Both the position numbers and the translations under genes were made by a program. Below the pieces are notes generated by a model, which was not told the DNA's origin, made no database searches, and worked only from the letters and a program-made list of their open reading frames with translations. Below are positions 10,667-21,602 of a stretch of 64,000 nt of DNA, one piece after another (the first letter of the stretch is position 1; each line of letters begins with the position of its first letter). Source of the stretch: Histomonas meleagridis 2922-C6/04-290x (taxonomy: Eukaryota; Protista; Parabasalia); contig JAANOX010000243.1 in assembly GCA_020184695.1 (NCBI GenBank), forward strand, positions 310,001-374,000. The letters run 5' to 3'.

Positions 10667-12141
10667 CAGTAATGTATAAAAAGTGGTAACGGTATGAAAC
10701 ATGGTAACGCCGATAGGTGTACGTTTAAAATTTTTTTATTTATTTTTAATTTTTTTCATGCCGCCGAAAGCTCCTCCTTTATCAAAAGAAGAATTTTGTG
10801 AGAGATGCATTGGGACAATCATTCGCCCTATTGATGTTCGGGCAATCACAAGAAATGATGGTTTTATAACTAGTTCTTCTCGAAATAAACGATTACTTTT
10901 TATTCGTCTAACGACGGGCTGGTTAAATTGTTTTTTTGATCGTCATTCTACTGAAATTATTAAAATCATTATTCAACCACAAGAAGACACAAGGTTAAAA
11001 GTTCCGCGTAAGTACTTGATAGAGTACCTTAACTTCATCGAAAAAGTTATAGAAATTACCTCTGCAGAATTAACCTATAATATTGATGAGGTGGGTTCAT
11101 CAGATTGAGAAGATAGAAAACCGAAAATGGTTGTAGTCCCAAAGGAACTTGAAAATAGAAGTCTTCATTATCCAGTAAATAGGAGAATAAAACATTTAAC
11201 CCTTGTTGTCACAATAAATGATGGTGGCGATGCTTATTTCCCTCTAATAATTACATCTGATCCAAATTCAGAAGAAATATTTAATACACCAATAAGAAGG
11301 GATGTTGATCTAAGTATAAGGGTTGAAGCATCATCTTATGTTACATAAGAAATATTTACTGAATTTATTCTACAAAAATTTGTTCCGCAAGTTAAATCTG
11401 ATCGAAATGGACTCGATTGTTCAGAAATACCGGCGATTCTCTTTTTTGATTCTTGTTCTTGTCATCTTGATGAAAAACTATTAAAAAAATTAGCAAAACT
11501 TATGATTGTAGTTATTACTTATCCCCCTCATACTTATCATTTATTTCAAGTTTTAGATCGTTTACTTTTTGGTATTTTAAAAAATTACAAAAAATATATT
11601 CCAAATAATGATGATATTCATCCAAAACTTCAGCATTTATATAAGATGTTTAGAGCTTATGAATTAAGCACATGTTCAACAAATATCCATGCTTCATTTA
11701 AGCATACTGGATTTGAATATCATAAGAAAAATGGTGTGGATTATTTAAAATTAAATCGTCAAAAAGTTGAAAATTATGATGAATTTAAAGAAATTTGGGA
11801 TTATAACTACTCAGATAAATCCATGTCTCCTAGAAAAAAAGCACAAAGATGGAAATGGATAAACAAACAATTTTTTTTTGAAAAATTTCAGAAAACAATT
11901 GATGGTGAAAAATAAATCATCAATTAATTAATTTTTTTATTTTTAATTTAACAAATAATGTGATAAAAAAAAATGATTTAAAAATCTAAATTAATATAAA
12001 ATAAAATATTTTTAAGTTGGTTAACAAAGAAATTATTACATATATTTTGAGAAATTTTTGTTTTTTCATTTAATTTTCACATTTAACGGAATAACCGTCG
12101 TTACCATATTTTATACCGTTACCACTTTTTATACATTACTG
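10667..12141 (+). mobile_element. pogo/Fot1-like (Tc1/mariner superfamily) DNA transposon, 1475 bp
   Basis: 43-bp TIRs at 10667-10709 and 12099-12141 match at 41/43 and start CAGT. TA target duplication at 10665-10666 and 12142-12143. Internal DDE_1-type transposase. Confidence 0.92.
10758..11915 (+). pseudogene. pogo-type DDE transposase with two in-frame nonsense codons
   Basis: The track ORFs at 10701, 11127 and 11502 are all in one frame, separated by TGA (11106) and TAA (11346). Motifs GWLNCFFDRH, YNIDEVG, HLTLVVTINDGG, ILFFDSCSCH and YPPHTYHLFQVLD. Confidence 0.85.
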
Positions 12142-12284
12142 TATTAATCAAATTTAATGCGTTAATAATAATATATGAAAACAAACTGAATTTAGGAAAT
12201 GTTTATTTCAATATTTAAATATTAACTCTTTTATCCTTGAGAATCTTTTAATTTTATTATGTCGTCACATTTATGATGTTGAAT

Positions 12285-14590
12285 TTAGGCTGCAAATAAT
12301 CGAATAATTTCTGCATTTTTCTTTTCTGATGCTATCATAAGCGCTGTTTTATATGTTTATAAGTAATTCCAAATGTTTATATGAAATTTCATATTATTTC
12401 AAAATATTTTAAATAAAACAAAAAAATATCTTTAGCATTGATATCAATATTCTCTTGTTCAAGAAGTAATTCAACTATTTCTGTATGACCTTTTTCAGAT
12501 GCCAACATAAGTGCTGTATTAAATAATTTAAATAATTTCCAAATATTATTTTGAAATATTAAATTATTAAAATAAATTTCAAATAAAACAAATAAATATC
12601 TTTAGCATTTATATCAATTCCTTTTTGATCAAGAAGTAATTTTACGATTTCTGTATAACCATCTCTAGATGCATACATAAGTGCTGTCCAAAATAATTTA
12701 AATAATTTCCAAATATTATTTTGAAATCCCAAATTATTAAAATAAATATCAACTAAAACAAATAAATATCTTTAGCATTAATATCAATTCCTTCTTGTTC
12801 AAGAAGTAATTTAACTATTTCTATATGACCATTCCAAGATGCTCTAATAAGTGCTGTTTCAAATATTTTATATAATTTCCAAATATTATTTTGAAATATT
12901 CCAAAATTATTAAAATAAATTTTAAATAAAACAAATAAATATCTTTAGCATTAATATCAATTCCTTCTTGTTCAAGAAGTAATTCAACTATTTCTGTATA
13001 ACCATTCCAAGATGCCCAAATAAGTGCTGTTCTAAATAATTTGAATAATTTCCAAATATTATTTTGAAATATTAAATTATTAAAATAAATTTTAAATAAA
13101 ACAAATAAATATCTTTAGCATTTATATCAATTCTTTTTGATCAAGAAGTAATTTTACGATTTCTGTATAACCATCTCTAGATGCATACATAAGTGCTGTC
13201 CAAAATAATTTAAACAATTTCCAAATGTTATTTTGAAATATTAAATTATTAAAATAAATTTTAAATAAAACAAATAAATATCTTTAGCATTAATATCAAT
13301 TCCTTCTTGTTCAAGAAGTAATTTAACTATTTCTGTATAACCATTTTTTGAAGCATTTGTTAGTGCTAAAAATATTTAAAAAAAAATTTAAAAATTTTTA
13401 TGAAACGATGAAATATTTTAATAAAAATCTAATGAAATAAGCAAAACAATCTTGCTAAAATCAATGTATCTATTGTTAATTAAATAGTTATAAAGTTCCA
13501 CATTTCCAGAAAAACCCGAAATTTTCAAAAAATCAATAGGAATATGATTACTTTCGAGAAAATATTGAGTAATATATAAATTCCCTGTTATGATTGAAGC
13601 AATGAGAATATTTTCATTTATTTTCATTCCTTCTTTAAGTAAAAATGATAAAAGTTCATAATTATCATGTAAAACACATTTTGCTCCTAATTCTTCTAAA
13701 TTCTTAATTTCTTTTAACTTATTATCATAAAAATATTTAAATATATCATTTCGATGAAATTCTATTGCTGCTTCATATGCATCTTCAAATGTTGAATGAT
13801 TTTGTTCGCATAAATGAATTATTTCTTCATTTCCACCTGCAACTGCATATTTACCTGTTTTATCTAATTTTGCTCCATTCATAAGTAAATATTTAAAACA
13901 TTTAACTGAAGAAAAAAATGCTGCATAATCAATTAATGTAACATCATATTGATTAATAAATGAATATCTTTCATAAAGTGATGGCTCAATTGTTTGATTA
14001 AAATCGAAGTTTGTTTCTGATGATATTTCTTGAAGTTTTTCTATTTCATCATTCCGAATTATTTTCGCAATTTCATTCTGATTTATTCCTTCTTTAACGT
14101 ATTTCTGATGAAGTTCCCAATTATTCGCTTTAAGTTTTTTTCAAGGTTTTTGGAGAAATATTCAGAAAATTGATAACGATAGTTTAAAACGAAAATGTGC
14201 TTTTAAAATGTATAAATTTTTCATATTTTTAGTAATCGATGAGTTAATTAAACCTTTTTCTATCAACTTTCCGATAAGATAATTAGATTCTTGTGAGTTA
14301 TTTTTCCGAAGGAATTGAGAAAAGATGTCAATTATTGAAACTTGATTTTTATTTACATCTCGTTCAATTAAATTCAAAAACTCAATAATTATATCTATAT
14401 TTTTCAGTCTTGTTACAAACAAAGTGTAAATGAAACGGCAGATGATCAAGTTTAATGAATACGTTCGTGAATTATCATAAAATTCTCGTAATGAAGAAAC
14501 AGATGTATCAAGATTGTTTGTATTTATGTTATAAATTATTTCTGTAAGTGCAGTTAAGTCTGGAAAGGAATTTATCTTTGATGTACTCAT
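12285..14590 (-). CDS. DUF3447-type ankyrin gene with a seven-module C-terminal array broken by about 80-nt inserts; extra frameshifts near 14140-14200
   Basis: N-terminus MSTSKINSF..., then WELHQKYVKEG...TLIDYAAFFSSVKCFKYLL, paralogous to the gene at 42438. After 13450 come modules of the form xTALxxASxxGxxEIVxLLLxQxxIDINAKD with a period of about 170 nt, ending KTALMIASEKKNAEIIRLFAA* (stop 12287-12285). One module lacks 1 nt near 13133. Confidence 0.75.
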
Positions 14591-14689
14591 TCCAATGCTG
14601 TTAAATAACACTGAAAAAAATTTTTAATGGACATGTGATATGAATTTTTATATAAAATTATAATAAATAAAAACATAGAATGAACTTCA

Positions 14690-15075
14690 TGATGAAATCC
14701 ATTCACATATTTAATTTTATTTGGAATACTTAAATTTTCATTATTCATTAAAACTTTATTATCTTTCTGCCATCCCAAAGGCAGCTCATCATTTATCTCA
14801 TATACTTGAAGTTTTTCATTAAAAAATATTTCATTATTCAACCAAAACGCATCCACCTTGCCCAAATCTTTTTATGAAAATCTTCTGAGTCTTCTCTTAT
14901 CCCTTTCCGAAGGAAGAAAAACCTGATTCAAAAAGTTGAAAATCCAATTTTTTTCAAATAAAAATGACGGTTGAAAACCGCTACAAATGATGAGATTGGA
15001 ACAATTGCTAAATGAAACTTGTTGGATTTCAGGATATGTAAGAAAAAATAAATTTTTACCATTTATTATATTCAT
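14690..15075 (-). pseudogene. Possible gene fragment of unknown family
   Basis: Track ORFs 14872-15075 and 14587-14865 are in the same frame, separated by a single TAA. No recognisable motif. Confidence 0.25.
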
Positions 15076-15351
15076 TTTCCATTTTAGATCATATCCATTC
15101 GAGTCTAATAAAAAACATATCTGCTAAAATTATTATTAGAAAAAATATGATATATTTCATTAGATCGAATAAAAAAATCGATTTGAATAGTAAATTCTCA
15201 ACTACTTGATATTTTAATTATACATTCTCTAGTTGGTAGTTTGTCTTATTTTGAATTTGATTTTTGCCTAAAGCAAAAATCAAATCCCAGTTTAAAAAAA
15301 GAAAGTTAATCTTCAATTAATTCATATAGTTCAATAACAAAGGGGTTCACA

Positions 15352-17280
15352 GCCAAATTTGAATAGTAGGACGAATAAAAATCACACAATTATCTTATAT
15401 CGTTTCCGATAACGAAATCGTCAATGAGGGGATATTGATTTATTCTAGAATTGTAAAATTGATCATTATATATTATGAGCTACAAATAATTTCTGTTGCC
15501 ATATATAAATTGCCGATTATAATATATTTGAAATCTGAATTAAAGACATGAATCAAAAAAAAAAGAAGAAATTAATATTACATAATTTAAAATGAATAGC
15601 ATAAAATAAGATTTTAATTATGAGTTTTTTGCTATCGGCAAAAAACAAATCATAGGTCAAAAAAGAATCATAGTAAATTTACTATTCAGAATTACATCGT
15701 TATCGGTTAACAATCTATTCGTAGTCAAATTTGAATAGAAGAACGAACAAAAATCATTCAATCAGTTGAAAAGAAAAAAGACAACAAAAGGAGGATTATG
15801 TCTTATAACATAAGCATCGGGAAAAGATTAATACACAGGATGACTGATAATTTTTCAATTGATTTTGAATTATCATGCGAAAAGGAAAAAAGTGCCATTG
15901 AAAAAATTCAATAATAAAAAAACTGTTATTCTATTTTGAAAAGTTATCGTTAGAAAGTTTTGTACAAAAAGTTATCGTTCGTACCAATATATGGTCGAAT
16001 GTGCATTCACACATATCAAAAATAACTTATATACGACAATTACATGAATATGCCATCAATATATTTGAAATTTTTTGAGCTTATTAATAGTTTCGATAGA
16101 TTCGAAAAGAGTTTAACACCAAGATTTTATGTAATCAAATAAAATAAGTAATATTTCATCATTTCCCAAATAATTTCTGAATTTTTAATTTCTTAATAGA
16201 TCAAGATATTATTCTTAGTTTTTTATTAATCATAAATGCACTATGTATTTATAAATACATCAAGATCGTAGGATGATCGCTATATACGATTATAATCCGA
16301 TTATAGATCATTAATATCATTTTACATGTTCAAGCGGTTCGAAGTCAAATTTGAATGAGTGGACGAATAAAAATCACTCAATCAGCTCGTATCGTGCTCA
16401 AAGACAATTTTAGAATAAAGCTTGCCAAAGAAACCGTGGTATTGAATCATATTCGGAAAAATAGAGAAACAAACATCATTACATAGAATGTACAATAAAT
16501 TGAAAAATGTAATATATTTGAAATTTGAAAGCACACGAGTAATATGAGATAAAAGGAATCGATAAATGTATCTCAATTCAGTTTTTTTTAAGATAATTTG
16601 CAAATTGCATTTGTATAGATATTTATTCAATAAAATTGAACATTTTGCTAAAATACAAAAATAAAAATAAATAAAAAAAATCATCAAAGAAATTCAATGA
16701 TCAAGAATCGTTTTGTTCAGAAAAAAATATTTAGTTTGTACCAAGATATCTCAAGAATGGACTCATACAGAAACTATTTTATTGATTATAAACTATTAAT
16801 CAGGTTAAGTAAGTACTTCATTAAGGTATTACGAAAATTATCACATCATTCATTTTTTTCAATAAATTCATAAATTCAAGAAAATCAAGATTTCATATAA
16901 TTATTTGGAATGAATAACAAATAACGATTCTATGAAAAAAATATAAAATTTTTGTTTCTTAACAACCCGAGAATCATTTAATTTGGCTGTTGACATATTA
17001 CAATGATGTAAATAAATAACGTATCTTTTCGATAAAATAGTAAAATTTTGATAATATTTACCATCATTCAAATTCACTCCTATCGTCACTTATCGTTGTT
17101 GCTATCGTTTGATATAAACCATGCAAAAGTCGATTATTGTCACTTTTTGGAATGAAAGAATAAATTTATCTCGTGCTAATCATGATATTATTCTTAGATT
17201 TATATTAATCATAGATGTAATAATGTATATATATTATATATTCATAATATCAAGATCGTAGGATGATCGATATATACGAT
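15352..17280. repeat. Dispersed degenerate repeats in a long intergenic region
   Basis: An about 45-bp motif (gtcaaatttgaat..gacgaataaaaatca) at about 15352, 15722 and 16342. An about 90-100-bp unit with the identical core atcaagatcgtaggatgatcg at 16259-16279 and 17249-17269. Confidence 0.7.
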
Positions 17281-17737
17281 GGGTGGGAATCGCAAGTCAA
17301 GTTTAATATATTGTATTAATAGTAAAAAACCGTTGTAATCGGCCGAATATGCATTCAAAAAGTTTGATGGCGATGGAATTAGAATGAGACCGTTTATAAT
17401 CTGAACAAACGGACGACTTATTTAGGAAATGAGCAGTGTTAATTCTTCTTAAAATTAAAAGCTTGACGAAGAATTCCCTTCTTTTTCGTCGCTTCCAAAG
17501 CGTAACCAACACCTTAATAATGTTACGCATCCACCACCTTCTGCTTCCTCAGCTCCTGTTTCAAAACAACCAGAATCAATAAAGAAACCAATACCGCAGC
17601 CAACTTTGTTTCAGCAATTAAATGCTTTTGGTAGTATTAATAACATTTTAACGATCATGTAAAACATTCAATCACATGTGGAACAAAATTTTTACATAAC
17701 ATTTCATAAACACATCAAATCGACCGTTTATTCAAAA

Positions 17738-20700
17738 ATGCAGACCAAAAACAAAAACAGATCAAAATTCCGTTATGACGAAGACATTGTAATCTCAGAC
17801 ATCAATGAAATATATGAAAGGGACAGACACGTTCCGGAATTTTTCGAACTTTTACAGCCGGAAGATGAATATGTCGATGAGAGATACAATCAGATACAAG
17901 AGCCGTCTGACCTCTGCGTCATGACGAATGTGAAGAAGTATCCCGAGTGCATTATGCAAGCGATTTATAAATCGAGCAAAAGGGTATTAATGGGAACATT
18001 CACACAAATAAGTTCGCATTATTGTATCATAGATAAGGCCCTTTACGTTTGGCCATTTGAAGATTATGATAATGTTAAAGTCATCGACTTTAATGATTTT
18101 ATTTGTTGCGTAGCGAGCGGTAATATTAATTCTAATGTCCACATTCCGAAGCCTGACGAAACTGTTTTTGTTAAAAAGGTAACAAATATTATCACTGTTG
18201 CTACATCATCAGAATTAACAATTTTCCCATGTGTTGGACAGAAAGTATATGACGAATATGAAGGGTCACAAATCAAAACTAAACTTTCATTCAGACCAAC
18301 ATCAATTGCAATTTCAGATAGCGGCCGAATATACTTAGGGAGTTCAAAAGGTAACGCTTACTTATTCCGTTGTAAGTTATGTAAAATCAAAGTTGGTAAA
18401 TGTGAAGCTCGACAATATGATCGAACCACAAATGGCCTTCAAAAATTACTTCCTTCCTTTATCGGCGAATCCTTCTTAACGGTCCCCTTTTCAAAAGGCT
18501 CTATCGTCCAGATTTCGGTTTGTCAGTTCACAGAGGAAGTCGATTACATCACTTTGCTTACTGATCGTTCATGTCTTCATTTCTTTGCGGTTGATTCCAA
18601 TAAGATATACAAATTGTCGACTTTTGAGGCAGAGAATGTAACTTTTTGTAAAGTTATTTCTGTTCCAATGACAGAGTCACGTTATATCAGATTCATCGCA
18701 TTTACACGTGACGGCTCACGATTCTTCTTTGGGCCAATAAATTCTTTCTTACCACCGAAGTCCCAACAGATAGTCCACTTACAAATTCGGAAAGGTCCAT
18801 CATGTTTTGAAGGACAAGAACTTATAGATGCGCATTATTCACTTTCATATACTATATTTATGTTTAGGACATTTATAGCTATAACTCGATTTTCATGTTC
18901 ACCACATATCGCTATAATGAATCCTCCAGAAGATATCATGATCATCAATTTAAATTCATCGAAGTCATTATCATTTGAGCGTAATTTTAATACATTTAAT
19001 AATGAATATATTAACCAACATAAGTTGTCGTTATTTAACAATGAGTTTCTATGGCAATATATAATGAAACCTTCACCAGGATATTTGATGACTAATGAAG
19101 GAGTCTTCAAACTTACTTTCTCATCGCCGGTTGAATGTTTAATTCGTATCTTCCATAAATCGCAAGGTAATTATGCATTAGATGTTCATAAATGGATAAA
19201 TGAATATAATAAAAACGACGAATCATTAGCAGCAATTATATTAATGGCAATTAAGTCACCAGAAAGAGAACATAATCAATCATTGTCATTGTTAATACAA
19301 TGTTCTAATCAAAAGGAAACAGAATTAATGTCAAGGCCTCCATCATCAAATGCATTTCTATTAGTTACTTCACGACTTTTATTTCCTATATTTCATTCGC
19401 CTATTTTCCAAAAGACGTTTGAAAAGTTTCATGTTCATCCATTGTATTATGAATTACCACAAAATTTTTTGTCGCAAATTATTTCTTTAAATGAACTTAT
19501 AAAGAAATATTTACAAAAGATTAATGCCGAAACACAAAATAATGTTCAAAAGCCTAAGAATTCGAGAGAATCAAATAAATATTTGGGGATGTTAAATAAC
19601 TTTATAAAGATAATAATCGAAGCATTAAAATTCATTGAAATAATTAAGCAACAATCGAAAAGTATTATAACTGAAGCATTTAAAGATTTCCCTAAAGAAT
19701 ATTTTGATCGACTATTAAGTCAAACATTTATATCTTCTGATTTACATAGTTTAATAATGGCATTACGAGAGTTTGCAGTTATGTTATTTAAATGTCCTAA
19801 TGGCCCTAAACGTGATGATAACTTTGCTAAACAACTTCATCGAGAATGTCCAACATTTTTCTCGGAGAAAGATTCTAAAATAATTGAAGCGTTAGAAGAA
19901 TTACGTAAATTAAAGAATCCACCTGATAAAACTAAACTTGAAAACATATGTAATATAATAATTAATAATATAAGTGAATATGTAAAACTTGATGAAATAT
20001 GTCAACGATTAAAGAAATTCGAATATTATAAAGGGATTTTTGATATATCATTAGAAAAGGCTCGTGTTGTCGATCCAATGTTACATGCGATTCGTTGGTA
20101 TAAAGAAAAAATTAATAAGAAAGGTGACGATGATGATGATACAGGTAAAAATGAATATTATAAGAGACGTGAATGTTATGACTATGTCTTTGATATCCTT
20201 GATGAAAGAGATGTCTTTGAAGAAATGATCAAATCGAATGATGAATTATTTCATTTATGTCTTTATCGTGAAGTATTTCCTATGAATTCAAACTCGAAAT
20301 ATAAGAATTCCCATAAATATTCTCGATTAAGGAAAATGCTTTTACAAACGAATTCCGATTTAGAGAATTATCTTAAGGAAAATGCGCCACAATATTTATG
20401 GAAATATTATTTCCAACATAAAGAATATGCAATTGCTGCTTCACAATTACTTTTGTATATAAAGAATGAAAAGATAATGACAATTACAAAAAGAATTAAA
20501 TTGTTAAATAAAGATGTAGCAATTGCACGTGGTACAGGTATGTCAACATTATTAAAAGAAGCGCAAATATTACTTCAAACTGCTGAATCACAAATTGATT
20601 ATATGAAACGGAAAGAAATTGGTTTAAATGATAACGTAATGATCGATTCTCCACAGAAACTATTTGATTGTTGTTGTGAAAATGGATATTGGGATATAGT

Positions 20701-21202
20701 TTTAAGGATTTTAAGTTTTTATCCAATAGCTAAAGTTGATAAGACAAATGTTGTGTCTTCTGTTTGGACAAATCTTTTAGTTGAACAATTTTCGGAATTA
20801 AAACTTGACGCAATACAACAAATAATTGTTGGAATGGCTGATAACATTGGTATAAATAATAATGTTATGGACTTATATATATTGGTTCCAATTCTGGAAA
20901 CACATCAAAGAAATGCTGAAAGAAGAGGAAAGAAACCAATTAAACAAAGATTATGGGCATTGGAAACATTACTTATGTGCGGATTTAGTGCATCAAAATT
21001 GTTTGATGTGTATTACAAAGCGATAAATGATGAAAAATTGGATAATGAAATTAGATGTGACTTAATATATTGTTTATCTAAATTAATAGAACAAAATGGT
21101 AACACAAAGAAATTGGATATGAGCAATATTGTTAATTGGTTTAATAATAATGCTGCTGACCTTGAATACTTTGATGAAGTTTGTAATGTTATAGATCCAT
21201 AA
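17738..21202 (+). CDS. NUP155: Nucleoporin Nup155/Nup170-like
   Basis: About 1150-aa ORF, first ATG at 17738. N-terminal beta-propeller-like motifs ALYVWPF, IITVATSSELTIF and IAISDSGRIYLGSSKGNAY, then an alpha-solenoid with YLWKYY...EYAIAA, as in the Nup155 family. Confidence 0.7.
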   Translation: MQTKNKNRSKFRYDEDIVISDINEIYERDRHVPEFFELLQPEDEYVDERYNQIQEPSDLCVMTNVKKYPECIMQAIYKSSKRVLMGTFTQISSHYCIIDKALYVWPFEDYDNVKVIDFNDFICCVASGNINSNVHIPKPDETVFVKKVTNIITVATSSELTIFPCVGQKVYDEYEGSQIKTKLSFRPTSIAISDSGRIYLGSSKGNAYLFRCKLCKIKVGKCEARQYDRTTNGLQKLLPSFIGESFLTVPFSKGSIVQISVCQFTEEVDYITLLTDRSCLHFFAVDSNKIYKLSTFEAENVTFCKVISVPMTESRYIRFIAFTRDGSRFFFGPINSFLPPKSQQIVHLQIRKGPSCFEGQELIDAHYSLSYTIFMFRTFIAITRFSCSPHIAIMNPPEDIMIINLNSSKSLSFERNFNTFNNEYINQHKLSLFNNEFLWQYIMKPSPGYLMTNEGVFKLTFSSPVECLIRIFHKSQGNYALDVHKWINEYNKNDESLAAIILMAIKSPEREHNQSLSLLIQCSNQKETELMSRPPSSNAFLLVTSRLLFPIFHSPIFQKTFEKFHVHPLYYELPQNFLSQIISLNELIKKYLQKINAETQNNVQKPKNSRESNKYLGMLNNFIKIIIEALKFIEIIKQQSKSIITEAFKDFPKEYFDRLLSQTFISSDLHSLIMALREFAVMLFKCPNGPKRDDNFAKQLHRECPTFFSEKDSKIIEALEELRKLKNPPDKTKLENICNIIINNISEYVKLDEICQRLKKFEYYKGIFDISLEKARVVDPMLHAIRWYKEKINKKGDDDDDTGKNEYYKRRECYDYVFDILDERDVFEEMIKSNDELFHLCLYREVFPMNSNSKYKNSHKYSRLRKMLLQTNSDLENYLKENAPQYLWKYYFQHKEYAIAASQLLLYIKNEKIMTITKRIKLLNKDVAIARGTGMSTLLKEAQILLQTAESQIDYMKRKEIGLNDNVMIDSPQKLFDCCCENGYWDIVLRILSFYPIAKVDKTNVVSSVWTNLLVEQFSELKLDAIQQIIVGMADNIGINNNVMDLYILVPILETHQRNAERRGKKPIKQRLWALETLLMCGFSASKLFDVYYKAINDEKLDNEIRCDLIYCLSKLIEQNGNTKKLDMSNIVNWFNNNAADLEYFDEVCNVIDP

Positions 21203-21602
21203 TGGAAAATTTTAATTATCACATCAAAGAATTTGATGCATCAAAACCGTTACTAAAATACAAATTTCTATCGTCATAAATAACAAATAAATATTGAAAT
21301 GTGATTTGATTGCAATAAAAATAAAAAATAATACACTTATTTGTATTTTAAACAAAAAAAAAAAAAAAAATGAATTCATGTAACAGTAAATCACAAAATT
21401 TATTGAAAATGATCATTAGTGAATGTGCAAAATCTCAAATTTAAAAACTTTGATGAATGTTTTGGCAAATGGTTCTTTTGGTGTGCATAAATTTATTATT
21501 GTATATAATCAAGAATTTGGAGAAAAGCAAATTCACTGGTGAATGACCGTTAAGCACAAAAGTGTCAGATGAAAGTGAATCGATGAACTTCACTGTTCAC
21601 AA

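Noticed and set aside
11106-11348. Alternative genetic code or stop reassignment suggested by in-frame TGA and TAA in the transposase
   Set aside because: Conserved genes in the window end at TAA, TGA or TAG and have no internal stops. Nonsense mutations in a dead element are the simpler explanation.
12348-13450. 170-bp periodic array as CRISPR or a simple satellite
   Set aside because: The variable parts are ankyrin-coding modules of fixed length, there are no cas genes, and the context is eukaryotic.
16382-17089. Intergenic minus-strand ORFs 16382-16687 and 16901-17089
   Set aside because: Low-complexity F/I/Y/K-rich translations typical of random AT-rich DNA; no family signal.
731-21370. 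Poly(A) tracts (731-748, about 21355-21370) as retroposon tails
   Set aside because: No target duplications or upstream retro-sequence. The first tract lies inside the mariner element's non-coding end.
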